Shown here one piece after another: positions 26,701-34,938 of a stretch of DNA of 64,000 nt. Source of the DNA: Parcubacteria bacterium GBS-2. GTDB taxonomy: Bacteria > Patescibacteriota > Minisyncoccia > Minisyncoccales > GBS-2. The notes beneath the pieces are model-generated. The model did no database searches. It saw only the letters and a list, made by a program, of their open reading frames with translations, and was not told the origin of the DNA. Every line of letters begins with the position of its first letter. The stretch's first letter is position 1. The stretch covers positions 97,889 through 161,888 of the forward strand of contig LEKP01000001.1 in assembly GCA_001443025.1 (NCBI GenBank), in the 5' to 3' direction. The position numbers and the translations under genes were made by a program.

Positions 26701-27333
26701 AGATTTCCAGTTCCTTTCACAGAAAGAGAAATGAGAGCTTATGATTTAATTTTCAAGAGATTTATCGCAAGTCAAATGAAACCTTCTAAAGTTGAGAAAA
26801 TAAAATTTAAAATTTTGGCTGGAGGACAAGAGAAAGAATTTGAATTTGTAAACAAAGTTTTAGAAGAAGGATTTTCAAAGATTTTTAAATTGCAAGAAAA
26901 AAACATTCTCGCTTTAAAAGAGGGAAAAACAAAAATTTTAGAGAGTAAAAAGAAAACAGTTCCAGTTTTTTACCCTTTTACTTACTCAGAAATCGTTTCG
27001 ATGATGAAAGAAAAAGGAATCGGAAGGCCTTCAACTTACGCCAAAATTTTGGAAATTTTAAAAAGAAGAAAATACGTGAAAGAAGTGAAAAAATCCATGT
27101 TAGTTTCTACAGTCTTGGGAAGAAAAGTTTTTGAGTTTTCACAGCAAAATTTTAGTAAATATTTGCACGAACAAACAACCAAAAAATTAGAAGAAGATAT
27201 GGACAGCGTTGAAACCGGAAAGAAAAAATTTGAAGAGGTCTTAAGAGAAATTTTTGTTCAAGTAAAAGAAATTATAAAAAATAACCTTGAAAAAGGAGTT
27301 GAATATCCAAATCTTTCATTGGTTAGATTTTAA
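23776..27333 (+). CDS. rgy: reverse gyrase (helicase-like domain fused to type IA topoisomerase)
   Basis: 1185 aa. N-terminal Zn finger CPNCGG..CENC. Helicase-like motifs APTGSGKTT, DDVD, SGAT, QASGRTSRL. TOPRIM LFIVESPTK and GTDPDSEGERIA. Internal Zn ribbon CAVCGK..CACGSKKF. Catalytic Tyr context LITYHRTPST. Confidence 0.9.
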   Translation: MELKLVYKNLCPNCGGNISSERLSKGLPCENCLPNEKGKLKFGPLLEVEERNKRIEEIEELFKKVVKAKMWALQKFWVRRFLKGESFTLIAPTGSGKTTIQIILCLFSAKFLKKRCLIILPTSILVSEVSKRMKDFSEKLNFNLTISSYHSLLSQKEKKEEISKIDFADIIVTTHLSIMKKEEIARQSVDVVFVDDVDSFLRKSKAIRFVLRMMKLPEKIKKIVTGVFEKKINLKDAISEISNTKEKITAQLIVSGATQKAKRTRAISILNSIFGFSIGLKSEFGRNILDCFVETKDIKKELLNLVKILGAGGLIFVPMDKKSEFAEELEKFLIENGIKVKAFLKPDKKTFEDFKSGNLDALIGMVTTRSPLVRGIDLPARIRYAIFGGVPKFVVRIKIEEFHPTKWLMLLNNLQQAIKEEYKKEYQLLVANLIKIKTLNTEQLEAVRKALAENKNLEGFLEFVRKVALSGLEFFKKILKDEDILKAIRESPTISFSEREGEYSFLIPDSIAYIQASGRTSRLYIGGVTKGLSVVIIDEKKAFNSLKKDLSYFEDIEWKNLKEIDLKKVIEEIDEDRKKVLLSLEDKLRVEETKIALKTRLFIVESPTKVKTIARFFGKPAKKRYEGLIVNEVFGANSLLIITSSKGHITDLSEEEGFFGVEVKETFIPYNEPIRKCAVCGKEIEENEKECACGSKKFTDSKPRIEVLREIASLVDEVIIGTDPDSEGERIAFDLCLLLKPFNKNIKRARFHEVTKKEIHRVLENLEDFDLNLVKAQLVRRIEDRWIGFSISPVLWMVFKNKRLSAGRVQTPVLGWVVERTKKLKEKEELISLKLENGLQLQFRAKKGTYQKISKEGFVEIKKVKTFKEEISPLPPFTTDTFISALTSLLKIDAGEAMQIAQKLFESGLITYHRTPSTTVSSAGISIAKEYIFSNFGEELFKARKWETEGAHECIRPTKAIDSQKLRNLIGLKILRFPVPFTEREMRAYDLIFKRFIASQMKPSKVEKIKFKILAGGQEKEFEFVNKVLEEGFSKIFKLQEKNILALKEGKTKILESKKKTVPVFYPFTYSEIVSMMKEKGIGRPSTYAKILEILKRRKYVKEVKKSMLVSTVLGRKVFEFSQQNFSKYLHEQTTKKLEEDMDSVETGKKKFEEVLREIFVQVKEIIKNNLEKGVEYPNLSLVRF

Positions 27334-27894
27334 TTTTGATTTTAAAAACAAAATTGAGATAGTAGAAAATAAAGCAGTTGAAATGGCAATGAGTTTTGGG
27401 GACAAATTTTTTTCTTTAGAATCTTTTGGAATCTCTGCCAAAAGTTTTTGAGGTTTCTCTTTTTCAATTTCAGGTTTTAAAATTTTTATTTTCTCTCTGG
27501 CTTGAACATAAGAACTTTTCCCACTTTCTCTGACTTTTATTACAACTTCAGCCTCTCCCTCAAAAAACAAAAATTCTTTTTTCATTCTCAATTTTAATTT
27601 TCCCTCAAAAGAAGGACCCGAAAATAAATTTTTAAGATAATAAAAGGAATCTCTCCATTTTTGGTTTTTCTCATCGTATACTTCAGATAATACCTTATCT
27701 TTTTCAATAGAAATTTTTAAATCATAAGAGGTATTTTTTAAATTCGAAATTGAAACAAAAATTTCAACTTCTTCGTTTGCCTTAAAGCTTTCTGGAAAAG
27801 AAAGCGAAATTTTTGGTTTTTGTTGGGCTTTGGCAAGAGCAATTTCAAAGGAGAAAAGTAAAATGGAAATTGCAAAGATTTTAAACAGTTTCAT
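27316..27894 (-). CDS. hypothetical secreted protein with C-terminal membrane anchor
   Basis: Signal peptide MKLFKIFAISILLFSFEIALA, beta-rich body, C-terminal TM helix LIAISTALFSTISILFL. Its 3' end overlaps the rgy 3' end by 18 nt. Confidence 0.5.
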   Translation of the reverse strand: MKLFKIFAISILLFSFEIALAKAQQKPKISLSFPESFKANEEVEIFVSISNLKNTSYDLKISIEKDKVLSEVYDEKNQKWRDSFYYLKNLFSGPSFEGKLKLRMKKEFLFFEGEAEVVIKVRESGKSSYVQAREKIKILKPEIEKEKPQKLLAEIPKDSKEKNLSPKLIAISTALFSTISILFLKSKLKSNQ

Positions 27895-27914
27895 TTTATC
27901 ATTATAATCAAAGA

Positions 27915-30900
27915 ATGGAAGAAAAAGAAATCATTGAGAGAGTAATTTTAGAAAACAAAATTGAAAAGTTAAACCCTGTTCAGCAAGGGGCATTAAAAAT
28001 GGGGATTTTGAAAAGGGAAAGCTTGGTTGTTTCTTCTCCAACATCAAGCGGAAAGACTCTTTTGGCAGAATTGGCAGGATTGAACGTTACTCTAAATAAA
28101 AGAAAAAAGATGGTTTATCTTTGTCCCTTAGTTGCTTTGGCAAGGGAAAAATACGAGGATTTCAAAAGAAAATATCAAAAATATGGAATCAAAGTTGCTC
28201 TTTCTGTCGGAAATTATGATTCTTCAGATCCTTGGCTTGAAAAATTTGATTGGATAGTTGCCTCAAATGAAAAATTCGATTCTTTAATCAGGCACGAAGC
28301 TCCTTGGATAGGAGAAATTGGTTTAATTGTTGCAGACGAAATTCATCTTTTGGACGATCCAAGCAGGGGACCGACCTTGGAAATTTTGTTAACGATTTTG
28401 AAAGAAATTTTACCAAAAGCTCAAATTTTGGCATTTTCAGCAACAATCAAAAACGCAGATGAAATAGGGGAGTGGTTGGGAGCAAAAGTTTTAAAATCAA
28501 ATTTTAGGCCAGTCCCTCTTTACAAGGGAATTTTGTTTGGAGGAAAAATAAAATTGTTTGATTTCAAAGAATACAAATTGAGTCAAGAATTAGGACTCGA
28601 AGAATCAATAGTTGAAAACACTCTTTTAATGAAAAAGCAATTGATATTTTTCCTTTCTTCAAGAAGGAATGCCGAGGCCTTAGCAGAAAGGCTTTCAAAA
28701 TTGGTTTTTCACTTTTTGGAAGAAAAAGAAATTGAAAAACTAAGAGAAATTTCAAAGAAAATTGAAACTACATTAGAAATTCCAACTGAGCAATGCAAAA
28801 AATTGGCAAAATGTGTAGAAAAAGGAGTTGCATTCTATCATTCTGGAATTTTGTTTGGACAGAGAGTTTTAATCGAAGAGGCTTATAAAAAGGGATTAAT
28901 AAAAGTCATTACCTCGACAACTGCCCTTTGCGTACATCCAGACACTTTAGTTTATTGTCAAAACGGGGAATTAAAAAAAATTAAAGATCTAAAAATTGGT
29001 GAAAAAATTTTGACCTTCAATTTTAAAAATTTCACTTTTAAATTTGCTAAAGTTCTTAAAAAATTTGCTAGACCTTTATCCAAAAAAGAAAAACTCATTG
29101 AGATAACAACATTCAGTGGGAAAAAAATAATTACAACCTCAACCCACCCATTTCTTACACTAAAAGGAGGACAATTCAAATGGATTTCAGCCTCTCAATT
29201 GAGTAAAAAAGATTATCTCGTAGTAGCTAAAGAAATTCCACAACCAAAAAGCAAAACTCCCAATTTCCTTGAAATTTTACCCAGTAACGCCAGGATAGCG
29301 GAGAAGAAATTAATAAAATTCGTTTTGAACGAATTAATTAAGAAATATAAGACAAAAGTAAACATTTCAAGAAAATTCAAAATAAATATAAAAAAATTGG
29401 AAACTTATTTCAATCGAGGAACGAGCTTGCCTTTTAAATACTTTCGGAGTTTTATTAAAGATTTAGATATAAAACCTGAATTTCTTTCAAGAACAATCCA
29501 TATATCTAGCTGGAAACAAATGGATAAAATAAAAATTTCTCAGAATTTAAATCTTTTAGCAAGACTGTATGGAATTTTGTTAGGTGATGGCAATCTTTTA
29601 AAAGTCAAGAGTTTTAATCGAGGGAATACTTATCTCATCTCTCTTACAAGCGGAGATGAAAAATGGCTTAAACAATATCAGACCCTGTTAAGAAAATTTG
29701 GTCTTCAAACCAAAATTCGGTCCCATCTCAAATTTTCTGGAGTGAAACAAATATCCTTTAAATCAAAAATTTTAGGAGAAATATTACATGAAAAATTAAA
29801 TTTTCCATTGGGAAGAAAAGCGAAAATCATCAAAATAACGCCTTTCTTTCTCTCCTCGAACGAACTTTTAAAAGAGGTAATCGGTGGCTTGATCGACACT
29901 GATGGAAGTATAGGTAAAGATAAAATAGAAATTTCTTCGATTAGTAAAGAATTGATTCAACAACTTCAACTTGCTTTAATGAGATTTGGTATCTATTCCC
30001 ACCTCGAAAAAAGAAAAAAACATCTCACCCGTTTAGTAAAATCAAAAAATCCTTCTTATCGATTGTCTATTTTTGGAAAAAACGCAATTCTCTTTAAAAG
30101 AAATTTTACCTTGCTTCATTATAAAAAAAGAGAAAAGCTCAAGTTAATTAAAGAAAAATCAAACACCTATAGCAAAGATATTATTCCAGATTCTGGCACT
30201 TTTATTAAAAAAATTTTAAAAGAAACAAAATTATCTCAATGGAAATTCAGAAAGATAGTTAAATTGAGCCCCTGGCATTATTTAGTTAAGGGACAAAATC
30301 TTTTAAGGAAAACTATTCTAAATAATTTTTCTAAATTACCCAATTCAAGAACGCTTTGTTTTTTAAGAAAAATAGCAAACTCTCCTTTAGCTTTTGAGCA
30401 AATTAAGCGTATAAAAGAAGTTAAAAAATCGATTGTTTACGATTTAACAACTACTGAGAATTTTTGGGCTAATGGATTTGTGATTCATAATTCCTACGGT
30501 ATCAATCTTCCAAATTTCCGAGCAGTAGTTAGAGATGTGAAAAGATACTATCCAGGATTAGGATCTGTTTATTTGCCGGTTTTGGAAGTTGAACAAATGT
30601 TTGGAAGGTCTGGAAGACCTCAATTTGACAGTTGGGGAGAAGGGATTTTGGTGGCAAAGACAAAAGAAGATGTAAAGGAATTAGAAGATTATTACATTAA
30701 GGGAGAATTAGAAGAAATTTCAAGTAAAATTTCCACAGAATCTGCCTTAAGGATGCATATTTTATCTTTAATTTCAAACAGGTTTTGTAAAAGCCAAAAT
30801 CAATTGTTAGATTTTTTGAAAAAGACATTCTTTGGAAAAAAGTTCAAAGAAATTTTGATTTTAAGAGAGAAAATTGAGGAAGTGATTTTTGCCCTCGAGG

Positions 30901-31625
30901 ATTGGGGATTTATTAAAACAGAAGAAATAAAAGAGGATGGGGAAGTGATAGATAAAAAATTGATGACAACAAGAATCGGTAAAAGAATTTCTCAGCTTTA
31001 CCTGGATCCAGCTAGCGCCAATTTATTCATTGAGAATTTAAGAGATTGTCAAAAAGCAAACGAATTTACCTTATTTTGCCTTCTATCAAAAGCAGAAGAA
31101 TTAAAGCCCTCACCAAGTCTGTCAATGAAGGATGCTTTTTTGATCGAGCAAGAAATTTTCAAGAATGAAGAATACTTTTTCTTTCAAATTCCAGATGAAT
31201 TTGATGAGGAATACGAGGAATTTTTGCGAGAGGCAAAGTTGGCAACGATTTTTAGTTTTTGGATTGAGGAAAAAGCAGAAGGGGAAATTATGGAAAAGTT
31301 AAAAATAACTCCTGGAGAGCTACACTCAAGGATTGAAATTTTAGATTGGTTGCTTTATTCAATTTTGGAAATTTCAAAGTTGATTCCTTTTGATGAAAAA
31401 ATAAAGAAAATGCTAAAAAAACTAAGAGTCAGAGCTTATTATGGAATAAAAGAAGAGTTAATTCCTCTGGTATCTTTGGAGGGAATTGGGAGAATCAGGG
31501 CAAGAACCCTTTTTGATGCAGGATTGAAAACGATTTCAGATTTAAAAAAAGCAAGTGTTGAGAAAATTGCAAAAGTTTTAAAAAGCAAAAGTCTAGCAGA
31601 GAAAATAAAAGAGCAAATTAAATAA
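27915..31625 (+). CDS. hel308: Hel308/Ski2-type DEAH-box DNA helicase, interrupted by an intein
   Basis: Walker A SSPTSSGKT, VADEIHLLDD, AFSATIKN. Motif V is split as STTAL|intein|SYGINLP. Motif VI QMFGRSGRPQFD; C-terminal HhH LEGIGRIRARTLFDAGL. The extein totals 715 aa. Confidence 0.85.
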   Translation: MEEKEIIERVILENKIEKLNPVQQGALKMGILKRESLVVSSPTSSGKTLLAELAGLNVTLNKRKKMVYLCPLVALAREKYEDFKRKYQKYGIKVALSVGNYDSSDPWLEKFDWIVASNEKFDSLIRHEAPWIGEIGLIVADEIHLLDDPSRGPTLEILLTILKEILPKAQILAFSATIKNADEIGEWLGAKVLKSNFRPVPLYKGILFGGKIKLFDFKEYKLSQELGLEESIVENTLLMKKQLIFFLSSRRNAEALAERLSKLVFHFLEEKEIEKLREISKKIETTLEIPTEQCKKLAKCVEKGVAFYHSGILFGQRVLIEEAYKKGLIKVITSTTALCVHPDTLVYCQNGELKKIKDLKIGEKILTFNFKNFTFKFAKVLKKFARPLSKKEKLIEITTFSGKKIITTSTHPFLTLKGGQFKWISASQLSKKDYLVVAKEIPQPKSKTPNFLEILPSNARIAEKKLIKFVLNELIKKYKTKVNISRKFKINIKKLETYFNRGTSLPFKYFRSFIKDLDIKPEFLSRTIHISSWKQMDKIKISQNLNLLARLYGILLGDGNLLKVKSFNRGNTYLISLTSGDEKWLKQYQTLLRKFGLQTKIRSHLKFSGVKQISFKSKILGEILHEKLNFPLGRKAKIIKITPFFLSSNELLKEVIGGLIDTDGSIGKDKIEISSISKELIQQLQLALMRFGIYSHLEKRKKHLTRLVKSKNPSYRLSIFGKNAILFKRNFTLLHYKKREKLKLIKEKSNTYSKDIIPDSGTFIKKILKETKLSQWKFRKIVKLSPWHYLVKGQNLLRKTILNNFSKLPNSRTLCFLRKIANSPLAFEQIKRIKEVKKSIVYDLTTTENFWANGFVIHNSYGINLPNFRAVVRDVKRYYPGLGSVYLPVLEVEQMFGRSGRPQFDSWGEGILVAKTKEDVKELEDYYIKGELEEISSKISTESALRMHILSLISNRFCKSQNQLLDFLKKTFFGKKFKEILILREKIEEVIFALEDWGFIKTEEIKEDGEVIDKKLMTTRIGKRISQLYLDPASANLFIENLRDCQKANEFTLFCLLSKAEELKPSPSLSMKDAFLIEQEIFKNEEYFFFQIPDEFDEEYEEFLREAKLATIFSFWIEEKAEGEIMEKLKITPGELHSRIEILDWLLYSILEISKLIPFDEKIKKMLKKLRVRAYYGIKEELIPLVSLEGIGRIRARTLFDAGLKTISDLKKASVEKIAKVLKSKSLAEKIKEQIK
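28929..30491 (+). mobile_element. class-1 intein with LAGLIDADG homing-endonuclease domain (521 aa)
   Basis: Starts with Cys (CVHPDTLV, block A). Block B TTSTHPF. LAGLIDADG motifs LYGILLGDGNL and GGLIDTDGSI. Ends NGFVIHN followed by +1 Ser. Removing it restores the helicase motif V sequence STTALSYGINLP. Confidence 0.9.
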
Positions 31626-32259
31626 TGCCAGATCTTTTCCAAAGAGAAAGTAAAATTTTGAAGTTTTCTTTTTTCTTTTTCAGAAAAAGACAGTTAAAAT
31701 CGATTTCCTCTTCGATAGTAAAAATTCTTCCTAAGGGAATGAAATTTCTTTTTTCAACTAAACTCACTAATTCCCCAAAACTCAAAAGATTTTTCTTTCT
31801 CAATGGATCTGGATTGTATTTTTGGTAAGAATTTGGAGAGAATTTTTGAATCGTCTCTAAAAATAAAAAAATTTTTGTTACTCTTTTTAGCTCATTAAGC
31901 GCTCTTTCTCTCTCTTTTTTGTTCAAGTATTCAATCACATCAAAACAAGTTACCACCTCAAAACTTTCTTTTTTAAATGGCAACTTCAAAATATTTCCTT
32001 TTATAATTCATTTTTTTGCTGGAGAATTTTTAAGGCAAAAATTAGATATTTCCACTCCAAAAGCCTTGTATCCCATTTTCCTCAGTGCCAAAACTAGCCC
32101 TCCCATTCCACACCCAACATCTAAAAACTTCCAGGATTTTTTTGGTTTCAAAACTTCAACCAGTCTTTTTGCTTCAAACTTTCCTAATTTCTTGTAATTT
32201 TTTAAATAATCGGAATACCAACCACTCGAAAAATATTTTTCATCAAAATCTAGTTTCAT
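31618..32259 (-). pseudogene. class I SAM-dependent methyltransferase interrupted by one in-frame TGA
   Basis: Motif I FLDVGCGMGG lies upstream and FEVVTCFDVIEYL downstream of a single TGA (complement of 32008-32010). Same frame throughout: ..NSPAKK*IIKGNILKLPFKK.. Confidence 0.6.
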
Positions 32260-32266
32260 TTTGAGT

Positions 32267-33277
32267 TTAATTTTTCTCAAATTTGTAGAGGGAAACCGGA
32301 GGGAAATATTTATTTTTCCATTGATAGTTATTCTGTAAAAAGTCAATTTTTTCCATCCCCAATTTTATTGCATCATCAATTTCATAGAGATTGAGGAAGT
32401 TTCCGATTCCCGAAAACTCTGAAATGTTGTAACCGCATTTTACCGCATAATAAGTTTTATTCAAAATACAAACCAAGTCAACTCCCGCATCCTTCCCATC
32501 GATTTTCACCTTAATCATTTTCACCCTGTAGGATGTTCCCGAAAATTTAATTACATTTTTGAAAGTTTCTACTCTTCTTGGATCATCCCAATCCACGCTC
32601 TCTCCCCTTTCTCCAAACCTCTTTTTGGCCAAGTTAATCAAAACATCTAAATCAGAAAAATTATCGATTATCACTTCCGGATTTTGTCTCAAAATTCTGT
32701 TTTTATCTTTTCTTAAATTCCTTCTTGTGTTCTTTTTTAAAGTCATTAAATAACCCTCATGATTTTTAAATCCTTTCAGGTTCAAAACGTATTTTGGTTC
32801 ATCCTCTTTGAAATCCACTTTGCCTTTTAATTTTTCAACCGTCTTTTGAGAGATTGCATTCAAATAAAGAGGGGTCGGTGCGAGAGAGAGTAGAATGGGT
32901 ACATAATCTATATTCTTTGCAAAGAATTTATTTTCTTCTTGCCAATCTGAACCAAACCAAGTGTACCTTTTCAAATTTTTATCATAAAAGTTATTATCTT
33001 CGTACCAAAGGGGCAAAAGCGCTAAATTCTCCCCGTTTTTCTTCAAGACTAAAAAGTAAGGGTTGTATTTATAAGCTTCATAAAAAGCTAATCTAAACTC
33101 CCAAGTGTCAAAGAGAGTCAAATTTGGAGAAAATTCTTTCCAAAGTTTTTCACACTCTTTGATGTCAGAAACTACAACAACTTTGTGTTTCAAAATAAAA
33201 AGAGACCCTAACTCTTTGAGGGGCTCCTCAAGCTTTAGTTTTTTGTTTTTATCCGAGGGATCCTGGCCTTGGCCCAT
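32267..33277 (-). CDS. CelD/BioF2-like GNAT-fold acyltransferase (Acetyltransf_6-like)
   Basis: 336 aa. Pattern WEFRLAFYEAY..LALLPLWYE..; C-terminal GNAT-like YYAVKCGYN..GIGNFLNLYEIDDAIKLGMEKIDF. Family-level call only. Confidence 0.5.
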   Translation of the reverse strand: MGQGQDPSDKNKKLKLEEPLKELGSLFILKHKVVVVSDIKECEKLWKEFSPNLTLFDTWEFRLAFYEAYKYNPYFLVLKKNGENLALLPLWYEDNNFYDKNLKRYTWFGSDWQEENKFFAKNIDYVPILLSLAPTPLYLNAISQKTVEKLKGKVDFKEDEPKYVLNLKGFKNHEGYLMTLKKNTRRNLRKDKNRILRQNPEVIIDNFSDLDVLINLAKKRFGERGESVDWDDPRRVETFKNVIKFSGTSYRVKMIKVKIDGKDAGVDLVCILNKTYYAVKCGYNISEFSGIGNFLNLYEIDDAIKLGMEKIDFLQNNYQWKNKYFPPVSLYKFEKN

Positions 33278-33315
33278 AGGTGATTATTAGAATATTAAGG
33301 CATCAAGATACCTTG

Positions 33316-33804
33316 TCAAGAACCCCTTTCTCTTTTTATTGCTTCTTCGATCATTCTCTCTGCAACTTCCTTTCCCTTAAATTCTCTCAATTTTACCCAT
33401 TTTCCAGGCTCCAATCTTTTATAAGTTTCAAAAAATTCTTTAATTTCTTTTTTGGTATGCTCTGGCAAATCTTTTACATCTTGGATTTCTTTAAACCTTG
33501 GATCGATTTTTTCTACAGGCACAGCCAAGATTTTTGTATCCACTCCTTCTTCATCTTCCATTTCTAAGACCCCAATCGGTCTTGCTTTGATAAGGCATCC
33601 TGGAAAAGTGGGATAAGTTGAGAGCAAAACACAATCTAAAGGATCTCCATCTTCCCCTCTCGTTCCTTTGATAAATCCATACTCAAAAGGAAAATGCATA
33701 GGTCCATAAAGAGTCCTATCTAGTTTTATTTGCCCTTCTTTCTCATCAAACTCAAACTTTTGTGGCGATCCCTTTGGGATTTCGACAAAAACCAAAATTT
33801 CCAT
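33316..33804 (-). CDS. ppa: inorganic pyrophosphatase (family I)
   Basis: VFVEIPKGSPQKFEFD..YGFIKGTRGEDGDPLDCVLL..EDEEGVDTKILAVP. Confidence 0.9.
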   Translation of the reverse strand: MEILVFVEIPKGSPQKFEFDEKEGQIKLDRTLYGPMHFPFEYGFIKGTRGEDGDPLDCVLLSTYPTFPGCLIKARPIGVLEMEDEEGVDTKILAVPVEKIDPRFKEIQDVKDLPEHTKKEIKEFFETYKRLEPGKWVKLREFKGKEVAERMIEEAIKRERGS

Positions 33805-33834
33805 ATTATTTTATTTTTGGATTTTCAAGATTTA

Positions 33835-34373
33835 ATGTCAAGAGATAGAATGAAGTTGATGATCTGTAAAATTTGTAAAAAAGAAAAAACCTTAGCAAAA
33901 TTTTTGGGAGTCTGCAAAGATTGCATTCTGGAAAGATGGGAAGAGGCAAAAAGTTTTATTGAAATTGCTCATCAAAAGTCAAGAAAAGAATTTTCCTTGT
34001 CAGAAAAAGTTCCAAAATCAAAATTGGGAATAAAATGCAATCTTTGCTCCAATGAATGCCAAATTGGGAAAGGAGAATTTGGTTTTTGCGGATTGAGGAA
34101 AAATGAAAATGGAAAATTGATTTCTTTTGTTTCAAAAGATAAAGCAATTTTAGAGTATTATTATGATCCAATTCCCACAAACTGCGTTGATGCACCCTGG
34201 TGCAATGCAAAAGAAAGAGAGTACAATTTGGCAGTTTTTATGGGAGCTTGCAATTTTAATTGTTTGTTTTGTCAAAATTGGCATTTTTTGGACAAGCTCA
34301 ATCCTGTTTTGAGTCAGCTAAAAAGACAGGATTAAAAAATGTAAGAATTGGCAATGCTCATTGGTTAAGCTAA
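33835..34373 (+). pseudogene. radical-SAM enzyme remnant (PflA/AmmeMemoRadiSam-like) with internal deletion and frameshift
   Basis: N-terminal Cys-rich domain and cluster motif GACNFNCLFCQNW are followed by a stop after ~15 more codons. A different frame then reads ESAKKTGLKNVRIGNAHWLS*, which looks like the natural C-terminal tail. The ~150 aa of the TIM-barrel core are absent. Confidence 0.55.
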
Positions 34374-34383
34374 AATTGAAATC

Positions 34384-34938
34384 ATGGAAAGAGAAAAACT
34401 TTTAAAGCTTTTGAAAGAAAATCTCAAAAACCCAAATCTAATAAAACACTCTTTGGCAGTAGAAGCTGGAATGAGGGCATTGGCAAGGTATTTTGGAGAA
34501 GATGAAGAAAAATGGGCAATCGCTGGGCTCTTGCATGATATTGATTATGAAAAAACTAAAGGAGATTCTAATTTGCATTCAAAAGTAGGTTCTCAGATTT
34601 TAAAAGAAATGGGATTTGATCAAGAAATTTGCGAAGCGATTTTAACTCATAACGAAGCTCATGGAATTTTACCTTTAACGAAAATGGCAAAAGCCCTTTT
34701 TTGCTTGGATCCTTTAACCGGATTAATCGTTGCTGCAACTTTGGTTTTACCCTCGAAGAAATTAAAAGATTTGAAAGTTGAGAATGTTTTGAATAGATTT
34801 AAAGAGAAATCTTTTGCTAAAGGTGCAAACAGAGAGATAATTAAAAAATGTGAAGAATATTTGGGGTTGTCCCTTGAGAAATTTGTTGAGATTGTTCTTG
34901 GAGCAATGCAGGAAATTTCAGATCAATTGGGATTATGA
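34384..34938 (+). CDS. HD-domain metal-dependent phosphohydrolase
   Basis: H..HD signature: KHSLAVE..LLHDIDYEK..THNEAHG. Confidence 0.75.
   Translation: MEREKLLKLLKENLKNPNLIKHSLAVEAGMRALARYFGEDEEKWAIAGLLHDIDYEKTKGDSNLHSKVGSQILKEMGFDQEICEAILTHNEAHGILPLTKMAKALFCLDPLTGLIVAATLVLPSKKLKDLKVENVLNRFKEKSFAKGANREIIKKCEEYLGLSLEKFVEIVLGAMQEISDQLGL

Noticed and set aside
32008-32010. UGA reassignment (genetic code 4 or 25) as an explanation for the in-frame TGA
   Set aside because: groEL, mscS, dnaG (ATGA overlap with rpoD), rpsL (ATGA overlap with rpsG), rplW, rplX and rpmJ all terminate at TGA at the expected protein ends. TGA is therefore a stop codon here.
33730-33834. Upstream extension of the radical-SAM ORF (MPFFLIKLKLLWRSLWDF...)
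   Set aside because: It overlaps the divergent ppa start region and its promoter, and its sequence is not protein-like. The Cys-rich domain starts at about 33835-33859.
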